The notes: a model not told the origin generated them from the sequence alone. Positions 12,816 through 26,700 are shown, numbered from the stretch's first letter. The stretch: 64,000 bases of DNA from Heptranchias perlo (GCF_035084215.1 NC_090352.1:33108001-33172000), one strand, 5' to 3'. Numbers and translations are program-made.

Positions 12816-14351
12816 AATGTGTGGGGCTTCCCCCCACCACTAGTTGTAACATCACTTTTCTAGTCTGGAGATAAGGTCGATCGACACGGCAGATCTCTGT
12901 AGTGTTAGGAATTTTTTTTTAATATAAAAGTCCAGCAGTATTTTTATTATTCGTTTTTAAAAAAAAAAGTACTGTCATGATTTTGTCACCTAAAGTAATC
13001 ATTGACCAGTTCTGATGAATACGGTCTTGCTATAAAATAGCTGTGGTACCGATGGGAGCTGCTCTTTCAAATTTCCCAGCAAAAGGGTTGTGTGAAGTTT
13101 GATCATGCCTGTTGGTTAAGTTGTTAGTAAAAAAAACAAAAGCAATTAATGTTGTCTTGTTAAAATGCTGCTTGAACTATATCTGTTTCATTCGCAAATC
13201 CCTCCCGGCAATGAGATTTTGCTGTTTGTGGAAAAAAAGTAGGAATGCAAACAAATCTTATCAGTTTATGGAGTCTGCTAGCAGCTTGTTCAAATGTTAA
13301 ACAGATTTGCGTTGCTGGCAGAGTTAATCGGGAGCTCCCGAGGGTCTGTATTTGTTATTCTAAAGTACGTACTTTGTCCTTCAAAGATTGAAAAGCAACT
13401 TTAGTGTCCCTTTTTTTTAAAAAAAAACTTCTCATTCAAGGTGTGAGTACTTTTGCAGTGAAAATGTAGATGCATGTTACATGCATGGCAGTCCCAGCTC
13501 TTTGTGGGAGTGGGAAAGATGGAAGAATCTGTCCAATGTCCTAATGTGAATCAAACATTTCCTTAGAACCAACCCCACAAAGAACTGAAATTTTTTTGGT
13601 TGGCAGGTGGACTTCAAGAAGCCACAGCTCACAAATTTGTTTCCCAAGTTGCAGGTTATAATCAAGGAATCATGTATTTTTTGGTTGGAGAGTGTGGAAT
13701 TCTTCTGTCATAAATAATGTAGTTCAATGGTACCTTTTTTATATTGCATGCAATGACTGAATTCATACATTGGCCATAAATAATATGTGCATGACCATCG
13801 TTTGCCAAACAGTTAATAATAGTGGGTATTTCAACCTGTTGCCCATTGTTAATTCTGGAAGTTCTTGAGCTGCACTGATTTAAACTCTTCGTGAATTTTC
13901 ACATTGGGTACAGAAATTGTTTGTATTAACCATAAAATGTCCTGTTGGTGAGAGTATATGGTTTGGCTGCCTGTATTGTTTGCTATTGGGATTGTATATT
14001 TAACTGTAAAAAATCATTTATAATATTTGTTTCTGGACAGCTGGATGCTCAAATGGCTTGCTCTGGTAGGTAGTTCTTTAAAAAAGGGAAGTGCATTCTG
14101 TGGTTTAAGCCTTAAAGATGGTTCAGTAGTGATGAGCAATACCTTTTTTTTTTTTCCCCACAAATTTTCTCCCCACCTCTCCTGAATGCATGGACCCCTG
14201 CTTGGGTATGGTTCCTCCAATGCCTCGTCCACTTATGTTATTTGATGGTGAGCGTTGATAGACTGATGGGTATCAGCCAAACTTGATCACACTCTTTCCT
14301 GATGTGCACTTTTCAACTGGGCTCACTGGCTAAGCATCAGGAATGGGGGCT

Positions 14352-14919
14352 GTTATGAATTCAGGTCTACCATAAATCGGCCACAACTGGAGTATTGTGT
14401 CCCATTCTGGGCACCGCACTTTAGGAAGGATGTGAAGGCTTAGAGCGGGTACAGAAAAGATTTACTAGAATGGTTCCAGGGACGAGGGACTTCAGTTACA
14501 TGGATAGACTGGAGAAGCTGAGGTGGTTCTCCGCAGAGCAAAGAAGGGTGAGAGGAGATTTGATAGAAGTGTTAAAAATCATAACTGGTTAAGATAAAGT
14601 AAATGAAGAGAAACTGTTCCCGTTGGTGGAAGGGTCGAGAACCAGAGGACACAGATTTAGGGTGATTGGTAAAAGAACCAAAGGCGATGTGAGGAACACT
14701 TTTTTTACGCAGCCAGTAGTTATGATCTGGAATGCACTGCCTGAAAGGGTGGTGGATGCAGATTCAGTTGTGGCTTTCAAAAAGGAATTGGATAAATATT
14801 TGAAGAGAAAAACCTTTCAGGGCTACAGGGGAATGGGACTAACTGGATTGCCCTTACAAAGATCCAGCACAGGCTCAATGAGCCGAATGGCGACCTCCTG
14901 TGCTGTAATGATTCTTTGA
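14352..14919 (+). mobile_element. CR1 LINE 3' fragment
   Basis: ORF2 C-terminal motifs RPQLEYCV..W, GDLIEV, RTRGHRFRV and WNALPERVV; tail GCTGTAATGATTCT. Confidence 0.9.
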
Positions 14920-15538
14920 AATATCTTTTTGGACTTGGGTGTTGCCCGCCGGCAGCCTGATTGCCTACTTTTCAATGGAAGTTGATTCCCATGATCCTGT
15001 GTCAACTTGTGCAGCAGTGGGACCTGGGATTGTAATAATGAAACTCCCCTGTGAGCTGCACCCGATTTCTGTGCCTTGCACATATGCACTCTTTCTTTCA
15101 TTCTCTCCAGTCATGAACTGAGTTAACACTGAGTGAGACAAAGTTTGGTTGAAGTCGTGAGCTAATTTAATCCACAGTAGGTAAAACATACAAAAACAGT
15201 GAGATTAATGGGAATGGTTAGATGCAATTGGTACAACTTCTGGTCGCATGCAGTTGCACAAATGAAGAACACTTGATCGTCCAGGTGCATTGCCCAACTC
15301 AACTTAAAAGCACAATCTCTCTGTAACCTGTTGTACCACCCAAGAACACAGTTCGGCCCCTTCACTGTTCGCAGTGTCAAGATTCTGACTTTTAGAAGCT
15401 TCTCTTCCCCCACCCGCACAGATCGAAGGAGCTTTTCAACATCAAGGTGCTAGGTGTCTTCTTGAACAACTAGATGCATGAACGAAATGGCCATTGTTTG
15501 ATCTCTGCAAAACACAACTTCTCATCTCACATTTTAAT

Positions 15539-15734
15539 AATTGTAAACAATTTTACAACACCAAGTTATAGTCCAGCAATTTTATTTTAAATTCACAAGC
15601 TTTCGGAGGCTTCCTCCTTCGTCAGGTGAACGATGTGAAAATGACGAAGGAGGAAGGAGGAAGCCTCCGAAAGCTTGTGAATTTAAAATAAAATTGCTGG
15701 ACTATAACTTGGTGTTGTAAAATTGTTTACAATT
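15539..15734. repeat. Perfect 82-bp inverted repeat made of two Penelope pLTR ends (palindromic non-autonomous PLE)
   Basis: 15539-15620 is the exact reverse complement of 15653-15734, with a 32-nt spacer. The sequence matches the PLE tail at 2080-2165. Confidence 0.9.
15592..15630 (-). ncRNA. Minimal type I hammerhead ribozyme, intact core
   Basis: The minus strand reads UUCAC-CUGACGA-A-GGAGG-AAG-CCUCC-GAAA-GCUU-GUGAA: 5-bp stem I, 5-bp stem II and a palindromic AAGCUU stem III region, typical of PLE minimal hammerheads. Confidence 0.7.
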
Positions 15735-17183
15735 GTCAACCCCAGTCCATCACCGGCATCTCCACACATTGTAATAGGCCATTGTCTGCCTATGGATTCA
15801 CAATTCAGCACGGGACTGTTCTGTGAAGCTAACTACTTTGCGACCAGCTTTGGTGCAGCACATGTAGCCTGTCCAGGTCCTTCACTGTGGTCAAGTGGCC
15901 AAAGAATCCCAAACTATGACGGGGACCTTAACTGATTTTCCTTTCCTTGGCCCTGGGTACTGAGGACAATTGCAGCACAATTTACCAGCTGAGCCATGTT
16001 AACGTTAATATTGAAGGGATATTAGTTAGGGACTGGGTGTGATGTAGGTTAACACATTGTCCTTTCAGTCCAGACTTGTTTGCATCTCCAGTCAGTGTCT
16101 GAAGTGAAATGGGTTGTGAGCTAATGAGTGTAAATCCATTGCACAGAACTGTCCATAATCAACACCGAGCTCAAAATCTATTGACGTTGAGGGTGGGTAG
16201 TGAAGGAAATAGTGATACCAAACTGGTGCAGTAGAGGGTGGTCTTTTGCAGTTTGCATAACATTTAATTTACTTCAATTTAAACATTTGAAATGCTGTAC
16301 ATTATTTTAAAAAATGCAATCAACAGCAACAAATCTATACATGCGGGTATTTCAACATGTTTACAATTGATCTGAAATGATCATTAAGTTAATTACTGCT
16401 GCGATAGAACTACAGATGCAGCTGAAGTTATGTGAAAGATTTGTTGTCGAGGATTATGCTGAAATGTTGCTGCATCATTTCGGCAGGTTTGTTTCTTGTC
16501 CTAACCAGCCAGTTAGCATTTACAAAGAGTACAGAAATGGGTTTATTTTCAAGGGAGGAGCTTTACTGTCATGCCCAGCATTGCAAACCCTGTAGCTGAT
16601 GCAAGCGTAACAATTGAAGGTGTGAAAGAGGCAGCCAGTGACATACTGGTGTGGTGAAAACTGGATGTATTATTGTAGCTCGTGATGGTGGCCAGAGGGC
16701 TCACCACCTCTGGTGTCTGTCAAATTGTCGTGTTCCGTGTTCTCTGCACTGGTTAGGTAAGTTCCAAGTGTAACTGCCAATAGCATCAACACATGATATT
16801 GAGGTGTAGGTAGTCATTTTGTGCTGTAAATGCAATACAGGTGATTTTTTAATATATAAAAGCCAGTTTTAAAGTTAATCTATGAATTGCAATTCCGGTT
16901 TAGCACTGGATAATGATTTTTTGACAACCTTCTGATGAGTTTTGGTATTTAACTAATGAAAAATATAATTGCTCTTGAACACTGTTTCCTCATTAACATT
17001 TTTTTAAGTGAATAATTTGATTTTAGAACTCCCAACTTCCTTAGTAGTTTACAGTGTAAATTTAGACACTACAGATAGTGGATGAATTGTACACCTTCAA
17101 CTTAGATCAGACTACATGTGCAATTTTAACTTCATTTGAGGGAAATGATTATGTATTAAGATATTTTTGAAATCTGTAAACTT

Positions 17184-17460
17184 ACATAGCCGACATCATA
17201 GAAACAGGCCATTCAGCCCAACTGGTTTATACCTGCATTTATGTTGCACACGAACCTCCTCCCACCCCTCCTCATCTAACCCTATCAGCATATCCTTTTA
17301 TTCCTTTCTCCCTCATGTACTTATCTCGCTTCCCTTTAAATGCATCTATGCTGGTCACCTCAACTACTCGCTGCGGTAGCGAGTTCCACATTCTCACCAT
17401 TCTTTGGGTAAAGAGGTTTCTCCTGAATTCCCTTTTGGGTTTATTGTGATTATTTAATAT
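17184..17460 (-). mobile_element. CR1 LINE 3' end
   Basis: CATAGAAACAGGCCATTCAGCCC...GAGTTCCACATTCTCACC...GTTTCTCCTGAATTCCC; same subfamily as 20445, 32888 and 36238. Confidence 0.85.
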
Positions 17461-18080
17461 CTGCTGATCAAAAGCAAGGCTGGTAGCAGTGAGACACTAC
17501 ATTTTAATACCGTAAATAGATCACTGAAAGTAGGGCAATTGCTAATGCTTGAGTTCGGCAACTCTGCAAGGGCAGATTGCAGGAAAAAGTACAGCTTTTT
17601 ATATTGCTAGAGATGAGGCCCACTAAAAGGGGAGAACATAGTTTCATTAAATGCCCCACATTGTAATGCTGGGCATGGCACTTGTTGCCAGGCTGGTGGG
17701 CTGCCAGCTATGAGGCTTCCATTATTGCTGCTCTGAAGGAAACAACTGGGCAAAGTGCTGCCCATTTAACAGTTTAACTTGAGCTATTTTATACTTCCTT
17801 CTTTTGGAGCACAGTAGAACAGTAGTGTGATTTAAATTTCCAAGTGCTGCACTCACTTTTTAAATTGCTGCTTACAAATCTGATCAGTTCAACATGTTAA
17901 ATCACATTCATTGTAAACACTCATTTAAAAACCACAAATCTGCAATGTGTCGACCTTTGTAATAGTTTGTTGGTGAGAATAACAGACTTACAGTTTTCAC
18001 CATAAACTCCTAACTTATCCTTAAGTAGCACTACAGCCCTTCAGGGTTTTAGTGACTTTGGGTATGGGCTGCGCACACTG

Positions 18081-18525
18081 ACATAGAAACATAGAAAATA
18101 GGAGCAGGAGTAGGCCATTCAGCCCTCTGAACCTGCTCCACCATTCAATATGAGCATGGCTGATCCTGTATCTTAATACCATATTCCCGCTCTCTCCCCA
18201 TACCCCTTGATTCCTTTTGTGTCCAGAAATCTATCTAGCTCCTTCATAAATATATTCAGTGACTTGGCCTCCACAGCCTTCTGTGGTAGAGAATTCCTCA
18301 GGTTCACCACCCTCTGAGTAAAGAAATTTCTCCTCATCTCAGTCCAAAATGTCCTACCCCATATCCTGAGACTGTGACCCCTTGTTCTGGACCCCCCAGC
18401 CAGGGGAAACATCCCCCCCCCCCCCCCCCCCCCCCCGTGCATCCAGTCTGTCTGGCCCTGTCAGAATTTTATATGTTTCAATGAGATCCCCTCTCATCTG
18501 AACTCGAGTGAATACAGACTCATTT
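18081..18525 (-). mobile_element. CR1 LINE 3' fragment with internal C24 run
   Basis: ACATAGAAACATAGAAAATAGGAGCAGG tail; ORFs give RGDLIETYKIL and SRTRGHSLRI...RNFFTQRVVNL. Confidence 0.9.
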
Positions 18526-19949
18526 GACTGGAACAAAACTTTGTTGTTTTAAGAAGTAATATTGTATCGATATAAAGTTGGTTGCCAAATGTAAAAACCT
18601 GCCTATTTGTTTAATGTCATCACTCCACTAATGTTTTTGCATTCAATTTTTGGCACCCTCTGGCCAGTTTGACTGTGCACTGCAGCAGTTGCAACTGAAC
18701 AGGACTCTGAGTCAATAGACTAAACCAGGGCTTCAGAATACTGCAGAAATTGTGAAGCTGGGTCCACTTTTCCAACCTGAGAGAATTTCAGTGCAGTCTA
18801 AAAATAAAAGTGAAGATTGTCGAAAAAGAAAGCTGCGGTTGATGGAAAGTGCACCATAGGCCTATCTGCATCTTAAAATGAGGAAAGACAAGCTAATGTT
18901 TTGGGGAGAAAAATTTGAGTTCCAACCAAGGGTTTTACCCTAAACCTTGGGGTCTACTCTTCAGATATTGACTGACCTGCTGTAAATTTGCAGCGTTTCC
19001 TGATTTTAATTATCGCTCATACAATTCCCACCTTTGGTCAGCTCAGTTTCACATTTCCCGCTTGTGTGTTGTATTTACTTTTAACATGGTATCATGCAGT
19101 GACAGCCATCACACATTGTTCCTAAACTCATTCCTGTTGCTGGATAGATGTAGCTTTTTGTGTTAAGAAGCTTTGTGATGGATGCCAAGTTTTGTCCTTC
19201 CTACCAGTTGTTAACCTCGGGGTCTCGAGGGCTCTTGCTGTGGTAGACTGCATTAACATGTAATTATACAACAGGTACCCCAAAGTTGTAGACTGTTTCT
19301 TTAGGAGCCACATGAAATGTACACAGAAAGCTGGAGTACATTCCAGAACAGAGCATCTCTTTGTTTTAGAGAAATACCTGTTAATGTCAGGGGCCACTTC
19401 AAAAAAAAAAGTCCTGCTGCTTGTACCAAGTGCTGTGAACGTCAAGTTGGACACCTTCAAAAATAGAAGTGCACAGTTTTTTTTTCTTGAAGGAATTCTG
19501 CTCATCCTAAATTGGGCAAGCGCAGTGAGTGAATTGCCAGTTCTTCTTACTGCTTCAGGATCTTATCGACTGCTGTAACTGGTGGAATTGCTGGTCTACA
19601 AATTAGAGCAGAACTGGCTCCTTGAGTGCACATTGAGGGTTCACTGGACGCCATGCTTATCCAATGGGTTCTCGGGCCACTGGGACCTGCTTCGCTTTGG
19701 CGGTTTTTCATGCTTCCCTTTCTACCTGTCCCCTTTAGCTATTTCCAAACTGTGTCTCGTACGTCTTTTATTTATTGGTTTCTCTCATTCAGCCTCCTTG
19801 TACCTCCTACTACCATTTGCCATTTGATCATTACCTGTCCTCCACCCAAACACTTCACAGATTATTCTGTTTTCCTGTTTGTGTGTGTGTTGTTTCCCCT
19901 TTTCCCCCTTCCCCACGTTTTCCTCCTTCAGTGCTGCTCTTTTGCAATA

Positions 19950-20095
19950 TCTCCCAGTCTTGTGAAAAGAGCCAACGCCTTGAAATGTTGACTGCTGTTT
20001 TTCTACGGACGCTGCCTGACTGGCTGAATGCTTTCAGCTTTTTCTGGCTTTTTTTGTTTTCAGATTTCCAGCATCTGCAATGATTGATTTGTTTT
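19950..20095 (+). mobile_element. Degenerate Penelope-type pLTR tail (common shark repeat)
   Basis: GAAATGTTGACT...GACGCTGCCTGACTGGCTGAATGCTTTCAGC...CAGATTTCCAGCATCTGCA. Related, often palindromic, remnants at about 18825-19010, 50640-50815, 52122-52470, 53280-53590 and 59322-59433. Confidence 0.55.
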
Positions 20096-20444
20096 TTCGG
20101 TATGCTTATCCAGTCGGCCTGGCAGCACAATGCAGTTGTGACTCAGTCAAATTAGCCCATTGGATGAGTATCATTTCTCAATATAACACCCTTTGAAGTG
20201 TTTAAAAATGAACTAGTGGGAGGTGTTAAAGTGATGCAGCGCACAGTGACGTTGGATGATGTAACTACTTTTCAAAGCCACAATAAACTTAAATTGGTTC
20301 TGTGGTTGTCATGGGTATGATAGTATGGAACATGTTAATTGATTCCTTACAGTCTCTCTATTCACCAGCAGTGGTGTGGTTGCTAGGAGCTCAGTACTGT
20401 TAAACACAGGATTTTATTGTAGCGTGTGGTTATATATTACATCT

Positions 20445-20822
20445 TACATAGAATGTATAGCACAAAAACATGTCATTCAGCCCACCTGATCCATGCTGGT
20501 GTTTATGCTCCACATGAGCCTCCTCCCACTCGACATCATCGAACCCGATCAGCATAACCTTCTATTCCTTTCTCCCTCATGTTTGTCCAGCTTCCCTTAA
20601 ATGCACCTCTGCTATTTGCTTCAACTACTCCTGTGGCAGCGAGATCCACATTCGTAGCGCTCTTTGGATAAAGAAGTTTCTCCTGAATTCCCTATTGGAG
20701 ACTATCAATTATTTATGGCCCCCAGTTTTGTTCTCCTCTCCCCCACCCCCCCTCCCCCAAACAAGTAGAAACATAATCTGCACTTCTACCCTATCAAACC
20801 CCTTCAAATTTTTGAAAACCTT
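20445..20822 (-). mobile_element. CR1 LINE 3' end
   Basis: ACATAGAATGTATAGCACA...CATTCAGCCC...AAGAAGTTTCTCCTGAATTCCCTATTGGA. Confidence 0.85.
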
Positions 20823-21686
20823 TTTAAAATGTTAATTTTGAAGGGAGCATACATATTCATACGGTGTGCACACTCAGTTGCATCTATATGTCGAGAGGTG
20901 TTGATCTCAATTTTGTCTATTGGGCTGAACAGTGCTGCCCATAATGTGAATGGTCTTCATCTTAAGATTGCAATCTTGATGCTGAGTTTTGGACATGCAC
21001 ATGACACTTCTCCCTTCACACCCCACAGTAGAGATGGAATTTGGTGTCATGGGAGGTGTCTGTGTACAGGTGAGATCACCTCATATAGGTGTTCTGGTAA
21101 TAAAGAACTTCAAATATCTTTTTTTGTTTTTACAAACTTAACAGAAGATCTTATTTTGTTGAACTTTACGCTTTTCCAATACATTTGTCAAAGTATTTTT
21201 CGAATCCAATATTTCAGTAGATGAAATAACTTTTCAGGTAGCAAGAGTTGGTTTGGGGTTTCCGCTTGTGTGTGTGTTATCTCGAACCATTCATCCTCTA
21301 TGGAATGGTCTTTTTTCTATTCAGTAATTCAGATTCAAACCAGCATTATATGCCGTTTAAGTGTCTGCATGAACTGAGTGTTACTACAAAATGTCAATGC
21401 CTTGAATACAGATTCTGTAGTATATACAGTGTTGATTCCTTATTACTTCCATTTGAAGGTGGGTATTTGGGGTGGGCTTCCCGTTTTTGCATTATCTGTT
21501 ATTACTTTGCCAGCTTGTGTTGTTCTCCCAGCTCGCCATCACTGCTCCCTGTAACCAGATGCCCAGGGAATGCCTGAGGTTTTAACATGTTTTTCCAGGA
21601 TTTGGACACCCCTTAGGGTGCAGTGAATCTTTGTGCTGCAATACCTGCTCTCTGCCACTAGAGGGAGCTTTGCTATGCACAGCTCA

Positions 21687-23783
21687 TTAAGGGTCGCCTG
21701 TGCCAGACCAGTGGGTGGCCTTTAAAGAGATGATGTTTTGGGTACAGTTGAGGCAAATTCCTACGAGGCAGAAAGGTAGGGCAACTAAAGCTAGAGCTCC
21801 CTGGATGACGAGATAGTGAGTAAGATGAAATGGAAAAAATGGGTTTATGACAGATGTCAGATTGATAACATAAGTGAGAACCAAGCAGAATATAAAAAGC
21901 TCAAAGGGGAAGTGAAAAAGGAAATTACGAGGGGCAAAGAGAGAGAATGAGAATAGACTGGCGGCCAACATAAAAGGGAATCCAAAAGTCTTCGACAGGC
22001 ATGTAAACGGCCAGTAAGAGGAGGGGTGGGGCCAATTAGGGACCATAAAGGAGATCTACTCATGGAGGCAGAGGGAATGGCCAAGGTACTAAATGAGTAC
22101 TTTGCATCTGTCTTTACCAAGGAGAAGATGCTGCCAGAGTCTCAGTAAAGAAAGGCATAGTTGAAATACTGGATGGGCTAAAAATTAATGAAGAGGAGGT
22201 ACTAGAAAGGCTAGCTGTACTTAACGTAGATAAGTCACCTGATCCGGATGGGATGCATCTTCGGTTGCTGAGGGAAGTAAGGGTGGAAATTGAGGAGGTA
22301 CTGGCCGTAACCTTCCAATCATCCTTAGATACGGGGATGGTGCCAGAGGACTGGAGAAGTGCAAATGTTACACCCTTGTTCAAAAAAGGGTGTAAGGATA
22401 AACCCAGCGACTATCGGCCAGTCAGTTTAACCTCAGTGATGGGGAAACTTTTAGAAACAATAATCCGGGACAGAATTAACAGTCACTTGGACGAGTGTGG
22501 ATTGATTAGGGAAAGCTAGCACGGATTTGTTAACGGCAAATCGTGTTTAGCTAAACTGAGCTTTTTGATGAGCTAACAGAGAGGGTAGACGAGGGCAATG
22601 CAGTTGATGTGGTGTATATGGACTTTCAAAAGGCGTTTGATAAAGTGCCGCATGGTCGGCTTATCAAGATTGCGGCCCATGGAATAAAGTGGGCAGTAGC
22701 AACATGAATACAGAATTGGCCAAGGGACAGGAAACAGTAGGGGTGAACGGTTGCTTTTCGGACTGGAGGGAGGCGTACAGTGGTGTCCATTAGGGGTCGG
22801 TGCTGGGGCCACTGCTTTTCTTGATATATATTAATGACTTGGACTTGGGTGTACAGGGCACAATTTCAAAATTTGCAGATGAGACAAAACTTGGAAGGTT
22901 AGTAAACAGTGAGGAGGACAGTGATAGACTTCGAGAGGGTATGGACAGGCTGGTAGCATGGGTGGACACATGGCAGATGAAATTTAATGCAGAAAAATGT
23001 GACGTGATTCATTTCGGTCGGAAGAATGAGGAGACAATATAAACTAGAGGGCACAACTCTAAAAGGGGTGCAGGAACAGAGAGATCTGGGCGTATATTTG
23101 CACAAATCGTTGAAGGTGGCAGGGCAGGTTGAGAGAGAGAATAAAAAAGCATACAGGATCCTGGGCTTTATAAATAGAGGCATAGAGTACTGATGTATGG
23201 AAGTCATGATGAACCTTTATAAAACACCGGTTCGGCCACAACTGGAGTATTGTCCAGTTCTGGGCACTGGACTTTAGGAAAGATGTGAAGGTCTGAGAGA
23301 GGGTGCAGAAGAGATTTACTGGAATGATTCCAGGGATGAGGGACTTCAGTTACGTGCATAGACTGGAGAAGCTGGGGTTGTTCTCCTTGGAGCAAAGACG
23401 GTTGCGAGGAGATTTGATCGAGGTATTCAAAATCATGAAGGGTCCAGACAGAGAAGATAGAGAGAAACTGTTGCCATTGGCGGAAAGGTCAAGAACCAGA
23501 GGACATAGATTTAAGGTGATTGGCAAAAGAACCAAAGGTGACATGAGGGAAAACTTGTTACACAGCGAGTGGTTAGGATCTGGAATGTACTTCCTGAGGG
23601 GGTGGTGGAGGCAATCATGGCCTTCAAAAGGGAACTGGATAAGTACTTGAAAGGAAAAAATTTGCAGTGCTACAGGGAAAGGGTGGGCGAGTGGGACAAG
23701 CTGGATTGCTCTTGCATAGAGCCGGCGCGGACTCAATGGGCCGAATGGCCTCCTTCCATGCTGTAACCTTTCTATGATTCTAT
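21687..23783 (+). mobile_element. CR1 LINE, ~2.1 kb 5'-truncated ORF2 (RT) with multiple stops and frameshifts
   Basis: VPEDWRSANVTPLFKKG...YRPVSLTSV, VYMDFQKAFDKVPH, LGPLLFLIYINDL...KFADETKL, GDLIEVFKIMKG; tail TTCTATGATTCTAT. Confidence 0.95.
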
Positions 23784-25499
23784 TGCAGCAACAGTGGATT
23801 CTCTGAATCATTTCTAATTCAACTTCTTCAACTCAGTAAACATTCCGGTTGGTCCTTGGACTAACTCTGCCCTCACCCCCACCCCCTGGATTAAAACCAG
23901 CACATGCCTTTGCCCAATGGTGCTAACTGCTACCGGTTCTATAATTTAAATTAAAAATATTTCATAAGTAACTTCAAAACCTCCCAAATCCAGTAGATGC
24001 AGATTAGCAGTTTTTTTTAAAACCGTTTTTCTGGTGCCTTAATTTTTGAATTTTTTTTGCACATGGACTTGGCTCTAGCAATAAATGTGCCCTCCCAAAC
24101 ATCTGGTTTGTTTCTAAATTGTTGCCTTTATTAAAGTTGGGTGCTGCATCTTTGAAGCTTGGGGATTGAAACTTCGATTTTTGTTTTAGGGTGCAGCAGA
24201 GTTGGCCCAGGGGAATTGGATGTTGAAACATTGGACCTCTGGTCAGTCTGCACCTGCAACACTTCATGTGGTTCTGGCCACCCCAATATGGGAGCCATCC
24301 AGGACTTGCAGCTGGGATGTCCGAACTTCCTGTTTCTGTAGGCTACTATGACAAGCCTGCAGGTCACATACGCACAAATAAATACAAAGCGCTAACTTTG
24401 TAATTAATGTGTAATTAAATTAATACAAGTAAATCTCCTTCCCTCCAACCCAAGTTAGAAGCTCCGATTAAAAATTCAGATTAAAACCATCATCTGCTGT
24501 ATTGATGCTGTGGCAAAGTAGAAATCCTTTCACTGAGGCTTTCTGGGCACTGTATGGCTTGACACTCCAATCCTGCAGACAGTACAGTGGAGGGTAACTA
24601 GGCTGATCTCCAGTGTTAGAGCGATAATTTAATGAGATGATTTGATAAGCTAGGGCTCTTCAGCATTGAGAATAGATGCTTCGAAAGAGATTTTGTAAAC
24701 ACATAAAAGGCCCTGATCAGTAGAGATTCTAAACCCAAAATAATCTTTTAAAATATGCCAGGATCTGTTCAAGGTTGTGAAAGGACTTGGAGTCAACAAC
24801 AGCTGGAATGGGTTGTCAGAAGGGGATTTGAGGACAGGGCACTGGATTCATTTAAGCCACATCTGGATGCTGTAATGGGAAGACAGTACGGTTCATATTT
24901 TGGAGCAAATGGGTCAAAGAGCTTTTTTCATCTGCATCTATCCTCTGATCCGTTCAATGATAATAGGAAGTTCTTCCAACAAAGAATGCACAGTGTTGCT
25001 GTAGTACAGCACTTCTGCCACAGTAGACCCTCAATGAGCCAGGCTTAGTGAAGCACACTCCAGTGGCAGAGAGCAGTATTGCAGCATAAAGATTCACAGC
25101 TCTCAAAGGGATTTATTCATTTTGAGATTTTCATAGTTGCCCCCAATCTTGGACTGATGGAGTTTCTTATTCCCAAGAGGAAAGCTGCTGGAAAGGAGCC
25201 ATGTAAGGGGTTCTCGAACTGTGTGTGGTAATTCAGCCAGGACTTTTTTTAAAATCAATTAATTAACATTTTCAGTATTCACGTATAGTACTTCATTGGC
25301 TGTGAAGTGCTTTGGGACGTCCAGAGGTTGTGAAAGGCGCTGTATAAATGCACGGCTTTTTTTCTTTATTTACAGTTTTTGTGTGTAAGTTTCTCTCAGG
25401 ATATTAAATGGATGGAGTAAGAGTCCATGATGGAATAGGTTGTGCATGGTCTCTGGAATTCTCGCTGGCTTCTTCTCACTCATGTTTTCCTATGTACAT

Positions 25500-26700
25500 T
25501 GTGGCCAGAGCCTCCCCAATTTCCACCCTTCCCTAAGCAACCTAGGATGCATCCCATCCAGAATGGGTGCCTTTTCTACTTTGAGTGTTGCCAACCTTTT
25601 AAGTACCTTTTCTTTATCCTGTCCAATTTCTCTACTGCCTTCTCCTTTATACTGTGACATTGGCAGTATCCTCTTCATTAGTGAAGACAGATGCAAAGTT
25701 CTCATTTAGTATCTCAGCCATGCTCTCTGCTGCCACAAGATGATATATTTTTTGGTCCCTAATCAGCCCCATCCTTCCTTTGACTACCTTTTTACTATTT
25801 ATATGTTTAGAAAATAATTTTGGGTTCCCTTTTGTTACCCATTAATCTATTCTGATAGACTCATTTGCTTCTCATTTCCTTTTTTTAGTTGTCCCCTGTA
25901 CTTTTTGTATTCAGTTTGGTTCTCCACTGAATAATGAACCTGACATTTATCAAAAACCTCCTTTTTCTGTTTAATTTTAATCTCTATATCTTTAGTCATC
26001 CAAGGAGCTCGAGCTTTGAATGGCCTTCCTTTCCCCCTCGTGGGAATATGTCTGGTCCGTACCTGAACTATCTCCTCTGCCAGCCTTTGATTCCAATCCA
26101 CCTGGGCCAGATCTTTTTTCAACACACTGCAATTAACCCTCCTCCAGTTGAGTATTTTCACATTTGATTGTTCCATGTCCTTTTCCGTAACTACTCGAAA
26201 CCTAATATTGTGATCGCTGTTTCCCAAATGCTCCCCCACTGAAACATGCTCCACTTTCCCCACTTCATTCCCCAGAACTGGATCCAGCACTGTTTCCTTC
26301 CTTGTTGGGCTGGAAACATACTGATCAAGAAAGGTCTCTTGTACACATTTCAGGAATTCCTCCCCCTCTTTGCCCTTTACACTACTTTCCCAGTCTATAT
26401 AGGGATAATAGAATTTTCCCATTATCACTAAAGTTCTTGCATCTTTTTGTAGTTTGCCTGCAAATGTGTTCCTTGATCTCCTTCCCACTATTTGGTGACC
26501 TATAATATACACCCAACAGCATAATACCTCTTGTTCCTTAATTCTAACCAAATAGATTCTACCTTTGAACCCTCAAGTACACATACCTTTCTAGTGCTGT
26601 AACAGTATCTTTGATCAATCTTGCCACCTTCTCCCCAGCCCCCCTCCTTTTTTTTTCTCTCCCTATCTTTCCTGAATAAATTGTAGCCAGGAATATTAAC
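25500..26700 (-). mobile_element. CR1 LINE internal fragment (endonuclease C-terminus and linker)
   Basis: ORF 25847..26551: MGKFYYPYIDW...FLDQYVSSPTR...LGNSDHN...APWMTKDI; ORF 25490..25705: APILDGMHPRLLRE. Confidence 0.9.

Noticed and set aside
16596-16762. Possible cryptic NF1-sense exon ending at TTAG|GTAAGT
   Set aside because: Only the splice-like motifs support it, and such matches are expected by chance in 50 kb.
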